The translations under genes were made by a program, and so were the position numbers. From Felis catus (taxonomy: Eukaryota), in the NCBI RefSeq assembly GCF_018350175.1, contig NC_058368.1, forward strand, positions 101,682,001 through 101,746,000: 64,000 bases of DNA, given 5' to 3'. Shown here piece after piece: positions 26,090-38,344 of this stretch. The notes under the pieces were generated by a model that was not told where the DNA came from, made no database searches, and worked only from the letters and a program-made list of their open reading frames with translations. Each line of letters opens with the position of its first letter. Position 1 is the stretch's first letter.

Positions 26090-26901
26090 TCAATACTTTA
26101 AAACAATTGTCCATCTGACAAGTGGAAAACAAAATATCGTTTGGTGTTTTGACTTCATCTCCAGGGACGTGGCCATGTTTCTTGGCCTGAGAACTTTTCT
26201 TCTTGAGGAGAGGGTGTGCAGGTAGGAGGATCATTTTCTGTTCTTTGGAGTCCTTTCTACTTTTTAAACTTATCTGAGACTTACTAACTTTTAACAGGAC
26301 ATATTAACTTATTAAATTATTTAAATTTCTGCAATATTTAAACTCATTCCTGCCATTTCCCCCTCTTTCCTTAAGAGGAACTTCTAATTAAGTGCTCAGG
26401 GTTACACTTGCACTGTCTTTCTTGGCTGATTTTAATCTGTTGGCTTTAAAACATACCATCTTTGACTCATGAATTCTCCAGATCTCTCACTGCCTTCTTG
26501 ACCTGTACCGTCATCATTATCACCTGGGACTTTCCTTCTCACCTCTGAACCACCTGTTTATCCTGTGACTAACACCATCATTTTCTCTCAATACTGTGAT
26601 GACTATTATTTATATCGAATGGCCCCACTTTGATGGATCCTAAGAAAACGTTGTCATTTTTTGTTAGCGATTAAATTTCATGGACCCCACAAACACCTAT
26701 TTGTTAAACTCTTTCTATGTGCCAGAGACTGTGTTAGGCAACGGATCACATTTATGTCTCTCAAAACAGTAAGTCTTGACTTCCTTCTAACACCCTTAGT
26801 GTCATCTTTACTTGCTCTCCTCGTCACACTTGGTATTATTTGAATACTAAAGTCTGATGTTTCATATTTTGTCTGGTGTTTTACCTGTCACAAGCAGGTG
26901 G

Positions 26902-27423
26902 TGTCAAAAATCCAGATATAGCAACATTCAAACAATAATGTTCGAGAACTAGTTTAATAACAAAATAAGTAAGTAAATAGTACTTAACAACTAAGTAAGT
27001 CAATAGATAGTACTTGGTAAGAGTTTATTGTGCATATAAGAATAGGTATTGTGCATATAAGAATAGCTGCCCACACTGGCAGCTTTAAAGTTCACAGACT
27101 GATACCAAGCTCCCGGGAGTGAACTCATAGGATGGCTTAAAAGTACAAATGAGGAAATTGTTTACCCTTTTTCAATGATTGGTTATTACAATGGGAGTTT
27201 CCAGACAACAGGGGATTGTTTAAAAGTGATTATCTCATACCATTTTTATGAAGACGACTTCAGTTTTTTTTTATGATTTTAGAGGCATTTACAAGAAATT
27301 ACCGAAGTGAAGTTTTATGTTCACAAAGTAGGATAGATATAGTTTGTTTATGTGGCTTACATGGGTTTTTTTATGCCCTGAGAATTCTCAAGTCCAGCCT
27401 CCATTTTGTATTTAATTTCAAAA
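26902..27423 (-). repeat. 3' LTR of the provirus
   Basis: Aligns by eye with 32835-33272 (e.g. aatgattggttattacaatggg, gattatctcatacc, agaggcatttacaagaaat, ctccattttgtatttaattt). Confidence 0.8.
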
Positions 27424-27596
27424 CGTCTCTCACTTTTAGTCATGTCCTCAAGAGGCTAAGAGTATGACCAACTAGTACAGAGTTACTCTCAGTTCCCACT
27501 GTTTGATGCCAAAGAGTTTCATGCTCCTTGTTTCTTCTGGTTGAGTTCTCGGGACAGAGGGTCATGTAATTGCTGTTACCAACAGATGTACCATCG

Positions 27597-27814
27597 TCAT
27601 GGACATGGGTAGTCAGACCACTGAATTCTTTCAGGTTGTCTAATCCTGATGAGTATCATTTGTTGTATGAGTGGCTGCTGAAAGACATTTAAAACCCTTG
27701 TAAAGATACAGTACACTAGAGAGATTAATATGGTTATCAAGAGAAAAATCAAGACTGAAAAAAAATTCCCCAGAGTAGAGATTTCCAGGAGCTAAGATTT
27801 AACCAGTTCAATAA
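27597..27814 (-). pseudogene. Retroviral env remnant (membrane-proximal region, TM helix, cytoplasmic tail)
   Basis: Manual translation: LLNWLNLSSWKSLLWGIFFQ, frameshift, then VLIFLLITILISLVYCIFTRVLNVFQQPLIQQMILIRIRQPE. It lies just upstream of the PPT/3' LTR, where env ends. Confidence 0.65.
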
Positions 27815-29709
27815 CTAAAATGGATTAAAATCAAAATGAGATTTTGCCTTTTGCTTTTTCAAGTCAATCTGTTTTTGTTTTGTTTTTTTAGTTATTTACA
27901 TAGAAGCAACGTGATGTATTAGCAATCATTTATTCTCATGATTACTTAGGACAGGATGAACACAAGGATGCTTTATTTGAGCAGCCGGTGTTGCAGATAA
28001 GATTTCATCTAAATAAGACTTCTATATTATGTGAGCAATCAGATAATTTAATGAGACGTTTCTATGAAAACGAAAGAAAAACACATTTTTAATGGAGTAA
28101 ATTCTAAACTCCATTTTTCACTTCAGAGAGTGTCCTGTTGGGAAAATTTCTCTATCTGAGTTCTAAGCATCTATAGATAGAAGTAAGATGGCAGTTTTCA
28201 TCTGATGGGATTTTCCTGGTTTATAGTGAGGGTCTTTGATGATGTCATCTGGTGTTCTGTTGAACATTCTTGATGAGCCCATCCAACAACAGGCATGAAG
28301 TTTGTCCATATATTATCTGTTGGGATTTCTCTGAAGGTATTAAGATAACAAAACTTGAAAAGACACTTAAGATAGTGAGAATTTGATAGGTATACTATAT
28401 AGCTTTCCACTGATACACAATTTTGTCTTCAGTCATCCCACTCTTAATCATTTTTAATGAAACTAATTTGTTTATAAGTCTACTTTTATTAAACTTGGCT
28501 TGATCACTTATATAAATATACTAAGAATTGTGATATATTCTCAAGTGTGACATTTCAGGCAAAGCTTTGGTAATAACCAAGAAGCTTTACTGACTCAATA
28601 AAGTCAACATTAATTGTTAAAAATTGTGCGGGAATAAATCTCAGGTTAAACCTGTAAAGTCTCTTTAGGCTAGGAAGCCATCCCAGGACTTGCCTAATTG
28701 TGTCCTGTTACCAGGAGAACAGATACTTACTGAACTTATGTAAATACATACATATGAAAACCAAGAGTATTTAATAAGAATTTTTAAATTCTGGACAGAC
28801 CCAGTAGGGAGAACAAGATAAATGTTTTAGCTTTCGCTTACAAATGCATATTTTATCAAATTGCTGGAACTTATAGATGGCTTAAAAGAGAGGAGAAAAA
28901 GCACCCATTCAATCTGGAGAACAAAACATTAAAGAACCAGCAGTAATTTAAATGAAGTCATAAAAATTATAATCATCTTGGTCAGTTTACCCAAATTTCA
29001 TGTGATCAATTTTTGTTTTGCTTGATCAATTTTTGTTTTGCTTGATCATGGTTTAGTAGCTTAATGATTCAAGCCAGCCCTCCATTAGAGTTTTAGAAAT
29101 TCCTATCTAGCTCAGTGTTACTGTCATAAAATTATCAGAACCCTGCATTTTATAGAGTACTTGTCAAGGTCGTTTCCATGAATGTCTTTGAAGTTGAAGC
29201 ACGTCTGCCTATAGTCAATTACAAATGCTTTTAGACAAGAATCAAGAGTCAACCAGTAACCAAGTGACCAAAGACTTCACAATATCCTGTTTAAATAGCT
29301 GGGGAGGGTTCACCGAGAAAAGGATGCAACTGAGAAACAAATAACATTTTTGTGACATAGACTATTGTAAAATAATACTATGGAATTATGTATTGATAAG
29401 GTTATACTAGGACATGCCAGATTTTTAAGAACTTCATATGATTTCTAGAACACTTACTTGAACAATGTATGCCCATGTAAGTATAATTTAAGAAGGTTAA
29501 ACTTTCCTTTTCACTTGACGTTGTTTCCCATGCAATTTCACATATCATATAAGCCTAAATCAATTAACATTTCTTTTTTATAAAGCAAAAGAGCAACTCT
29601 TTTGAGGTCTTCCAGGAACCCTCCAGAAAATTCCAGTTAGTTCAATGTCAAAAATACTTTGTTCAGAATTTTATTTGGAAAAGTTTGTTTAAAATGTCAA
29701 AAGATTTAT

Positions 29710-29916
29710 GGGCGCCTGGGTGGCTCAGTCGGTTGAGTGACCAACTTCGGCTCAGGTCATGATCTCACGGCTCATGAGTTTGAGCCCCACGTCCGGCTCT
29801 GTGCTGACAGCTCAGAGCCTGGAGCCTGCTTCGGATTCTGTCTCCCTTTCTGCCCCTGCCCAGCTCATGCTCTGTCTCTCTGTCTCTGAAACAAATAAAC
29901 ATTAAAACAAATTTTT
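29710..29916 (+). mobile_element. Felid SINE inside ERV
   Basis: TSD ttaaaatgtcaaaagattta (29689-29708 / 29917-29936). Confidence 0.95.
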
Positions 29917-30027
29917 TTAAAATGTCAAAAGATTTAAAATTCTGGACCAAATAGGATCACAGTTCGCTGTGAAACAACACTTGGTTATGCACTCAACCAA
30001 AGTGCCAGTTAAAAGATTTCACAGGTT

Positions 30028-30247
30028 GGGGCGCCTGGGTGGCTCAGTCGGTTGAGCGTCCGACTTCGGCTCAGGTCACGATCTCGCGGTCCGCGAGTTC
30101 GAGCCCTGCGTCGGGCTCTGGGCTGATAGCTCAGAGCCTGGAGCTTGCTTCCGATTCTGTGTCTCCCTCTCTCTCTGCCCCTCCCCCGTTCATGCTGTGT
30201 CTCTCTCTGTCTCAAAAATCAATAAACGTTAAAAAAAAAAAAATTAA
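30028..30247 (+). mobile_element. Young felid SINE inside ERV
   Basis: TSD aaaagatttcacagg (30011-30025 / 30248-30262). Confidence 0.96.
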
Positions 30248-31649
30248 AAAAGATTTCACAGGCAAATACAGAAAGTTACATAGCTGTAAAAAAAAAAACC
30301 TTGGCTCTTTTAAAATAGAAAAGGCTAGGTTTTTCTAAGTAATCAAAGACTCGATAAAGGCAATGTGGAGCGCAGGAAATATTGTCATAAGACAAAGAAT
30401 CTTTGTTTCCTAGGCAGATTACATGAAATACAAAGAAAAACCTTTTATCATCTTTTATTAAGTGTGGACCAATAATCTAAGAAATTTTGTGGCTTTAACA
30501 GAGAGAAAATGAAACTCTAGCTTTTATTGGCACATTATTGGCGTCATTAAAAATATCCTTTTAAATAAATGTATTAAATTTGGCCAGCTTTGACCTCATA
30601 ACATTTCTTTCCACAGATTTTCTGCAACTTTTTATACCCATTTAGATCTTGTCTTAGTAATTTCCTTTCTTAATATGGAAAAAGTAGCAATTTTATTTTA
30701 GATTTTACTGTCTTTGTCCTTCACAAAAACACATCCTATATTCCTTGCATATTCTTCGTATAAAAATACATCCTATTTTCTTCCCATGTGTTGTATTCAC
30801 AGTGGTTTCCTTTGGCTCTAATAAGAGAAGTTTCTCGTAGTTTTAATTATTATTAACTTTATTAATAATATTTTTAGTGAAATTAGCAGGCAGTAGTGAA
30901 TTATTATCTATTAGCATCCTATAGTAGGTCAACAAATTTACAAATGTATAATTATGAAATATATAATTCTTAGAGATATATGTTTTTCATAGTACAATTT
31001 TTATATTTGTCACAACACATGTTTGTTGATAGACCCAAATAGCTTTTGTCTCTGTAAAAAATTTAAAAACCAAAAGTAACTTATGTTTAGCAATCGTCCC
31101 TCTGTATTCTCTCTTGGAAATGATCAAGGTAGTCAGTGAATATGCATTATTTAGTTTAACTCGGTATAAGCTTATCTTATTTACATCTATTGGAATTAAC
31201 CGTTTTTTTACTATTATACTTGGATTAGACATCAAACAGCTAACTATGAGGTTACTTTTCTTGTTGACCCATTTTATAACATAAAGATCACATGAGCTTA
31301 AGTTGACTAATAAGCACAGGTGGAAAGAATTGTATATTTGCATTACACTCCAACTTGACAACTCTGAAGACAGGCCGACTTTCCTTAAACTAACAAACTT
31401 AAACCAGCTTTTATTTATCAAAGATTATCTCAGATCATGTGAACTTGCAAAACACTTGGGTGACTTTCCCCATTTCTCAGAGTTTTAGGAAGACTCAGTC
31501 GATCCAAGCAAGCACTGATTTTTCTTGAAGCCAGTGAAATAGACCTCTTTAAAAAGTATCACACATACATAGTACATTTATACATAGATATACATGAACA
31601 CAGACACAAACAGATCTTGTAGCTTTCATTTAGACATTTTAGCCATCTT

Positions 31650-31833
31650 GGGGCACCTGGGTGGCTCAGCCTCTGACTCTGGCTCAGGTCGTGATCTCAG
31701 GACCTGAGTTTGGGTCCCACAGCAGGCTCCCTGCTGTCAGCCTGTCAGATGCTCCTCTCGCTGCCCCCCCCCCCCCACTCTCACACACACAGGCACCCCT
31801 CGCCCCTGAAAAAGTAAATGAAACCTTAAAAAA
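31650..31833 (+). mobile_element. Degenerate, internally deleted CanSINE
   Basis: ggggcacctgggtggctcag head, ggctcaggtcgtgatctcagg, short A-tail. Confidence 0.8.
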
Positions 31834-32415
31834 TGTGTAGCCATGTCTCAGGTACAATAATACAAATCTCAAAAGAATAGCTGGACGCAAATTGTGTTTC
31901 TGGAAGGTGGACCGACGGGAGGTCACCTGCGTCCTTAAGGCTTCTTTTAGAGAAGCTGTTTTTGGAGTCGTTTTGTCTTTCAGCCGCTTCTGCCATCGAA
32001 TCAAAGTAAGTAAGGATTCCATTGTTTCCCAGAGGTCTGAGATTTTTTTCTTTTCAAGGATTCCCCTTGCGGTGGATTATCTGAAGTGAAAGTTTCCCCA
32101 CAGCGGCTACTACCATTTTCAATTATCCAAAAGTTCACCCATTTTTCCAAAAAGGCATAAGATCCTGGTCCCGAGTCGACACACATATAGGAAGCAGTTT
32201 TTGAGGGAAGTGGAGAAGGAGTTGTAGACCAGGTGGAAACCATCTTTTCTTTTAGCTTCCTTAAGACATCTTCCCTGCGAGAGATCCTGGTCCTTAACAG
32301 CTGTTACGACACACAGGGAATCATGTGGTTTCTCCTCTTTCGAACAACATAGGGTGACTGACCAAAAAGCCTCAACAAACAAAATACAAGAACGCACAAT
32401 CCAAGCGGAGATTTC

Positions 32416-32628
32416 TTTTTTTTTTTCAACGTTTATTTATTTTGGGGACAGAGAGAGACAGAGCATGAACGGGCGAGGGGCAGAGAGAGAGGGAGACACA
32501 GAATCGGAAACAGGCTCCAGGCTCCGAGCCATCAGCCCAGAGCCTGACGCGGGGCTCGAACTCCCGGACCGCGAGATGGTGACCTGGCTGAAGTCGGACG
32601 CTTAACCGACTGCGCCACCCAGGCGCCC
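32416..32628 (-). mobile_element. Young felid SINE (SINEC_Fc)
   Basis: Perfect TSD ccaagcggagatttc (32401-32415 / 32629-32643). Confidence 0.97.
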
Positions 32629-32793
32629 CCAAGCGGAGATTTCAAAACAAAGAAAGCAGAGTCCGAATCTAAGACAGACCTCCAACTCCAGAGTGGGTAA
32701 GAAAGCAGTGAACTCAGTGGGTTCTTAAACAGCACCTGCTTGCTCACTGGCGTCGGAATTGTTGGGGAAGTCTTCTCTGGGTTCCGCTTCTAA

Positions 32794-33272
32794 TGTAGGA
32801 AATTCAGAAAGAGCAGAATTAAATCCATTTCTAATGCAAAAATTCAGCAAGAGCAAAACTAAACCATCAAATCAACAAATTGTACTTAGGAGGGTTTGTT
32901 GGGCCTATAAGAGCAGTTTGCAAACTGGGGGTCTTTGAATTCAAAGACTGACATGAAGCTCAGAGGCAGGAAGTCACAGGCTGGCCTGGAACGTGAAAAT
33001 GAAGAAGCTGTTTATCCTTTACAATGATTGGTCATTACAATGGGGGTTTTCCAGATGGCAGAGGATTGATTAAAAGGGATTATCTCATACCGTTTTTTAG
33101 GAAGATGATTTAAGTTTCCGTTATGATTGTCAGAGGCATTTACAAGAAATAACTGAGGTTTTGTTGACGTTCATGAAATAAGATAGATTTAGTTTTGCTT
33201 ATGTGGCTTAAATGGTTCTTTCTGCTCTGGGAATGCTCAGAGCTGGTCTCCATTTTGTATTTAATTTTAACA
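32794..33272 (-). repeat. 5' LTR of the provirus
   Basis: Ends ...tttaattttaaCA on + (TG start on -); homologous to 26902-27423; inner boundary blurred by a ~41-bp tandem duplication. Confidence 0.8.
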
Positions 33273-33541
33273 GGAAGTAAATCTGCTCCCTGTAACTCCG
33301 TCTTGGCCCAAAGCAGTAGTGCGTGACAATGTTTTAAAGCATGTAAATGCTTCATTTGAAAGGTTATTTTATACACTCAGTGGGTTGTTTACCACTTACC
33401 GTAATTTATTCTTTTTCATAATTTATACTCTCTCAACCCACCTCCTGATGGTTCCCTCTGAGGAGATCTTGTATGGAAAGAGTTTCCAAAGACCTCGCCC
33501 CGGGCCTCAAGGGAAATGTAAAGCAAGGAAATATTTCACAG

Positions 33542-33915
33542 TGTGGAAAAAAAGTGATGAAGAACAACCATTTGGATGATGCAAACACACTTTATGAAAC
33601 ATTTTATGAAGCAGACAGTCTCCTTCAGAGGACTACAAAATAAACTAGAAGGCAGGAAGCTCTTAGAGGATAAAGAACGATTAACAAGGAGCAGAGAACT
33701 CGAGAACATCTGATTGGCTGGGGCCAGCAGTCAGCCTTGTTTTGGTGATTAAGCCCAGAGTTGGCTTGGCATCAGGAGACTGGCTGCCTACATATAATGC
33801 GTTTCTGGTCAGGCAACGTGTTTACAGGAACTGGAAAATCCCAGTTTTTCGGTTTGCTCAGATGACACCCTGGGCAGGAGAGGCTCCATCTTGGGCCTAC
33901 AAAGTTATTTCAACG
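33542..33915 (-). mobile_element. Solo ERV1-type LTR
   Basis: Begins TG, ends CG (decayed CA), 4-bp TSD acag (33538-33541 / 33916-33919). The minus strand starts ~GTTGAAATAACTTTGTAGGCCCAAGATGGAG and has a CCAAT box (ctgattggctg on +). Confidence 0.7.
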
Positions 33916-36900
33916 ACAGAAAAAGGATTTGTTCGTTGCCATTCCTCATTCTCCACGATTTCTCCTCTTTCTCATCTCCCCTGGTGTTTAATGCCTAGAA
34001 AGGCGAGGTTGTAAAGAGCCAGCCGGGCTCCGCTGCGTGAAGAACCGGGTTCGGTTCTGTCACGGAACCTGGAGAGAAAGTATGTGAACTCTTACGAATG
34101 TGTTTACCGGGCGTGTGAACTGTAATGTCTGGGTTTGGTAAAGGAAGTAAGTGGATTAAGCTTTGTTGCCCCCAAAATGGGCCGTGTGATGGCAGACTCT
34201 GTTCTTAACTTGAAATTGGCTTGTTTTGGGGGGTAATTCAATCCCTCTAGCTTATGTGATCGTTGCGGGATTGGGTTAGTGAGTTACAGTGTGAGCCTAA
34301 GGGGTTATGTGTGTGACTGGGCCATTATGTCATGAGTTTAGGGTTGCTTGAAGTTGACTGCTGCTTTTATTAGAAAAATACCTGGGCTTTTGGGAGAAAG
34401 CCAGCGTTTCTCAAGTTGCATGCCTTGTTGTAAGGGATACGTTTTCTCCCTTGTAAATATAAGCCGCATAGATTTTATTGGTAGTCACCAAATTTTCATT
34501 CGAGAGAGCCATAGGCTCAGCACAGATGTCTGGTTCTTGTCCTTTGTTAGAGGAGAATATCTGGTGACACCGCGTGAGCCTTTAATACCTCAGCCCAAAA
34601 GGCACTTTGTTGACTACAGTCTCAACGTCTCACAACCTACTGCATCCGGCACTCTTTACATTTGGGGGGCTTTTCTTTCTCGTCTCAAGGCAACTGGGCA
34701 CTGACATAGTTTGCATTCCGTGCGAGACAGGGAAACACATCATTTTGGATCAAAATAACCTTCCTTTACTCAAGATGTTTTTTTTTTTTTTTTTTTAAAT
34801 CACAAACATCTGTCAGCAATACGAAACCTGCGGGCTTCAGAAAAGACATTCCGGTAAGCACTGTGGTGTGTGACCGCTTCTTACCGGCGGTCGTAACCTA
34901 CGCATCTCTCTGCGTGTATTTACCGTGAAGTTTCCATCTCTTGTCGGTGGGCTATTTTGGGAGCCCCCTGGGGGGAAGCTCCCCACATGGAATGCATTGC
35001 TCCGGAAGACTGTGTGTTTTCAGTTGGTGAATCGAACAAAGCCCTGCGAACTGATGTTAACGGAGAAGAGTCTGTGTCCCTGTTTCCCCGTCTCTGTCCC
35101 ACCCCCACCCTTCCCCCCTCGCCTCGCCTCGGATCCTGAGCCAGGGAGACAGCTGTTTTCTCCCACACACTGGAGGAGAGGATGAATTCTAAACTGGCGG
35201 TATCTGGCCGCATGTCAGAACAATAGCAAACTGCACACCTGTCGGCTCTTGGCAAGCGCGGATGGTAAAATGACTAACGTTGTTTTCCTAGCTTTCTCTT
35301 CTTGACAAGCACACCAGCAGCTAGGCTCCCTTCTCTCTCAGTTCACAAAGGCTTAGGTTTCTCCCTTGAGGCACCGAGGGAATTAAGCAGTTTTACTACT
35401 GCTTCTAATAAACAGTTTCCTTTGGAGAAGGTGGATTTTCTTGCAAGACATGGTTTACGGCCCCCTCTCCACCCCCTTTCCCACACCGGCCCCCTCGCCG
35501 TCCCATGAGCGCTGATATAAGGGTTCTTTCTCCATTTCTAATCACTGCTTTGCATCTGTAAGCATTTTTCTTCTGCAGCCACTCTGGCTTCCTAGAGGCA
35601 ATCTGAAAGCCCCTTCAGCTAATGGCTCATTTAGCGATCAATTTGTCAAATAATGTTCACAGATGTTTTTCTGATGGAGCAGCGTGCAGCGCAGGTAATG
35701 ACTGAGTGAGCGATCGCTTACGATAGGTGACAGGATCAAGGCACTGCCTGGCCAGGCAGCTCAGAAGGTGAGGGTTACCGGGCCGCCTAAGAGACGACTC
35801 GCTCCTTTTTATTTTTAAAACACGAAAACAGCCTCGTGATTCCAACTTGCGGTTGGGTCCCGGGCTTGCGGCTTCAGTAGGTAGGCTGGAAGAGTCGCAC
35901 GAGTATGACAGCTAGGGGAATGCACAAGTAGTGGTAGTGTGTCCCTTAACTCTGTGCTTCCTGGTTTCTGAGCTTGGATCCGCATGCTTTGGCTGGATGT
36001 GTAGAAAGAGCAAACACATGTACTATACGTGGAATGATATCACAGTGGCTTGAAACTGTCTTTGTACCTGTTGACATTTCCCAGCCTCTAACACAATTCA
36101 GAAGCATTCCAAGAAACCCCTCCTTTGCATGAAATGTGCAAGACTCGGTAGCCATGAACCTGGAGTGATTTGTCAAAGATCTGGGAGAACGGAATCCCAC
36201 TGAACTGTGGCCAGCAAAGCCAGGACAGGACCGCGGAGCTGAGCAGTCCAAGACTCCCACAGCTGCGGCTAGCTATGCAGATCTTTCATGGTCCTGAATT
36301 GTTTCCATTACCCTGAAAAGGGTTATAAAACCTACAATCAATTTAGTTTCTGGGGCATTGTGTTTTGAATACCGTTTAATAGGGTGTGACAAAAACACAT
36401 AATTTCCCCACATGTTCTTACATTGCAAGCAGATCATACGTGGCACTCGGCACTGCCCCAAGTGATGTGAACAGTACCGGAAGCTTTGGAATTGCAAGGA
36501 AAGGAACAGCACCAGACCAGCTGCAGTGTTCACGGTATGGGGAGAATTTGAAATTTACTAGGTGACCGCAAAGCAAGCATCCAAATGTTTTTCCTCCCTT
36601 TGAGCTCAACTTGGCATTAGACGCAGATAAACAAATGGAATCATTTCATACATGAAAAGTAAGGTCGCGTTTCAGAATGGAAAAGACGAACTGGAACACC
36701 GATGGACAGAATGCATTTAATAAGAACATTAATAAGGAGAGATGGGTTGAGTGATGTGCAGCTGTGGGTGTTGTAGGATAAGGATTTCTGCTCCTTTTGA
36801 TGAGTGGGAATGAACTGCTCTTCCAACTCGATGCCCCAAACCTTTTTTCTTTCTTTTTTTTTTTCTTCTCAAATGAGCAGGCTCATTTATTTTAATGAGA

Positions 36901-37534
36901 GTTTTTGACTAAGGAGAGAGACCAGTGGAGCCCTGCAACTGCTCCTAATCCATTTAGGCACTGTCTGAATTTGTCTTTTATGGTTCTGTTTTCTTCTAAC
37001 ACTGCATCAGGTTACTAAGGAATCGGATCTGCCAGTGCTTGTTAAAATTGCTAAATTTGCATACTCTGAAAATTTCATTATTTGGCACGCGTGCGATGTG
37101 GGTATGTTAGATGACTCACAGCATACAGGAACACAGATTGCTCGGTTGTTAGTAGACAACATATGGAAGCAGGTGAGCCAAATACTTGACAGACAGGGTT
37201 CCTCCGTGGCTCAGCCCCACAGCACACAGTTTCCGGGCAGGAGCCCTGTGCCCTGTTTTCTGTGTATCTTCATCTTGCACGTGGAGATCTGAAGTCTCCT
37301 GGGGGAGAAATAGCTGGGGCTGTGTTGTTCTTTGATTTGACCTCTGTGTGCAGAGTTCACGATGCGGACGCTGAAGGGCTTTTTTGTTTTTGTTTTTTGT
37401 TTTTCTTGACGGATTTTGCTGTCTGCATTTGCTTGGGAAGTTTGACGAGGATGTGTGAAAAGCTCTTGGAGCCAAATGGCTTCACCATTTATTGAACTCA
37501 CTAGTGAACCCTGGATTCGCATTTTAGAGATCGC

Positions 37535-37685
37535 ATTTACTATCCCTGTGTGATAGAGGCCTATGTGTTAGGTGTTATTATCTGTATCTTAATAAGAGAA
37601 GAATCTGAAGATGAGAGGGATTAAAAAACGTGGCAACGCAAGCTGTGATCTGAATGGAATCTTACTCCAAAGCCCATGCTGTGAT
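37535..37685 (-). mobile_element. MIR relic
   Basis: taggtgttattatctgtatctta...gaatctgaagatgagagggattaa...actccaaagcccatgct. Confidence 0.5.
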
Positions 37686-38125
37686 AGGCTTTAATTAGAA
37701 GTATGTTGTAAAAAGTTTCAACCCAAAAATTTCAAGGAAAGTCAATCACCTTTCAAAATTTTGGTGGATATGTTTTCACACATCTCACCATATCTACCTA
37801 TTTGCAATATACACGTCTGTCCTTTTGGAATTTAGATACATGAGATCATAATAAATTTGCTTAGTAACTTGTTTTTATGAGAAAGAATGTTAGGAATTTA
37901 TCTTTGAGTCACTAACTTTACTATTTTTGCTAGGTTTTTATTTTTTTTACCAGTTTTTTAAAAAGCTGTCTAATATGGCGATATTTATATCAACCCCATC
38001 TCTTTAGTTCCATATTGATGGATATCTAAGTTTTGGGGTTTCACTAATACATGAATAATACTTGAATCAACATCCTAACAGGGTGAAAAAGATACCTTCC
38101 CTTTTGCATCTCTGCCTAAAATTAA

Positions 38126-38344
38126 TTAATTTTTACTTATTTTTTAAATCTTTATTTATTTATTGTGAGAAAGCCAGAGAGAGAACAGGTGAGGGGCAGA
38201 CGGAGAGGGAGAGAGAATCCTAAGTAGGCTGCACACTGTCAGCCCAGAGCCCGACTTTGCACTTCATCCTATGAACCATGAGATTATGACCTAAGCCAAG
38301 ATCAAGAGTCAGACTCTTAACCCACCGACTCACACAAGTGCCCC
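38126..38344 (-). mobile_element. CanSINE
   Basis: Antisense SINE ending ...cacacaagtgcccc. Confidence 0.88.

Larger units (their letters stand above)
26902..33272 (-). mobile_element. Degenerate two-LTR ERV1 (MER4-group-like) provirus, interrupted by four SINEs
   Basis: Two diverged direct repeats (~26902-27423 and ~32794-33272). The right LTR on the minus strand starts TGTTAAAATTAAATACAAAATGGAGACC. PPT-like AAAAGTGAGAGACG precedes the left LTR, an env TM remnant is present, and the AT-rich internal region has no intact gag/pol. Confidence 0.8.

Noticed and set aside
30987..31421. 144-aa minus-strand ORF inside the provirus as gag/pol
   Set aside because: No gag, protease, RT or integrase motifs; AT-rich chance ORF.
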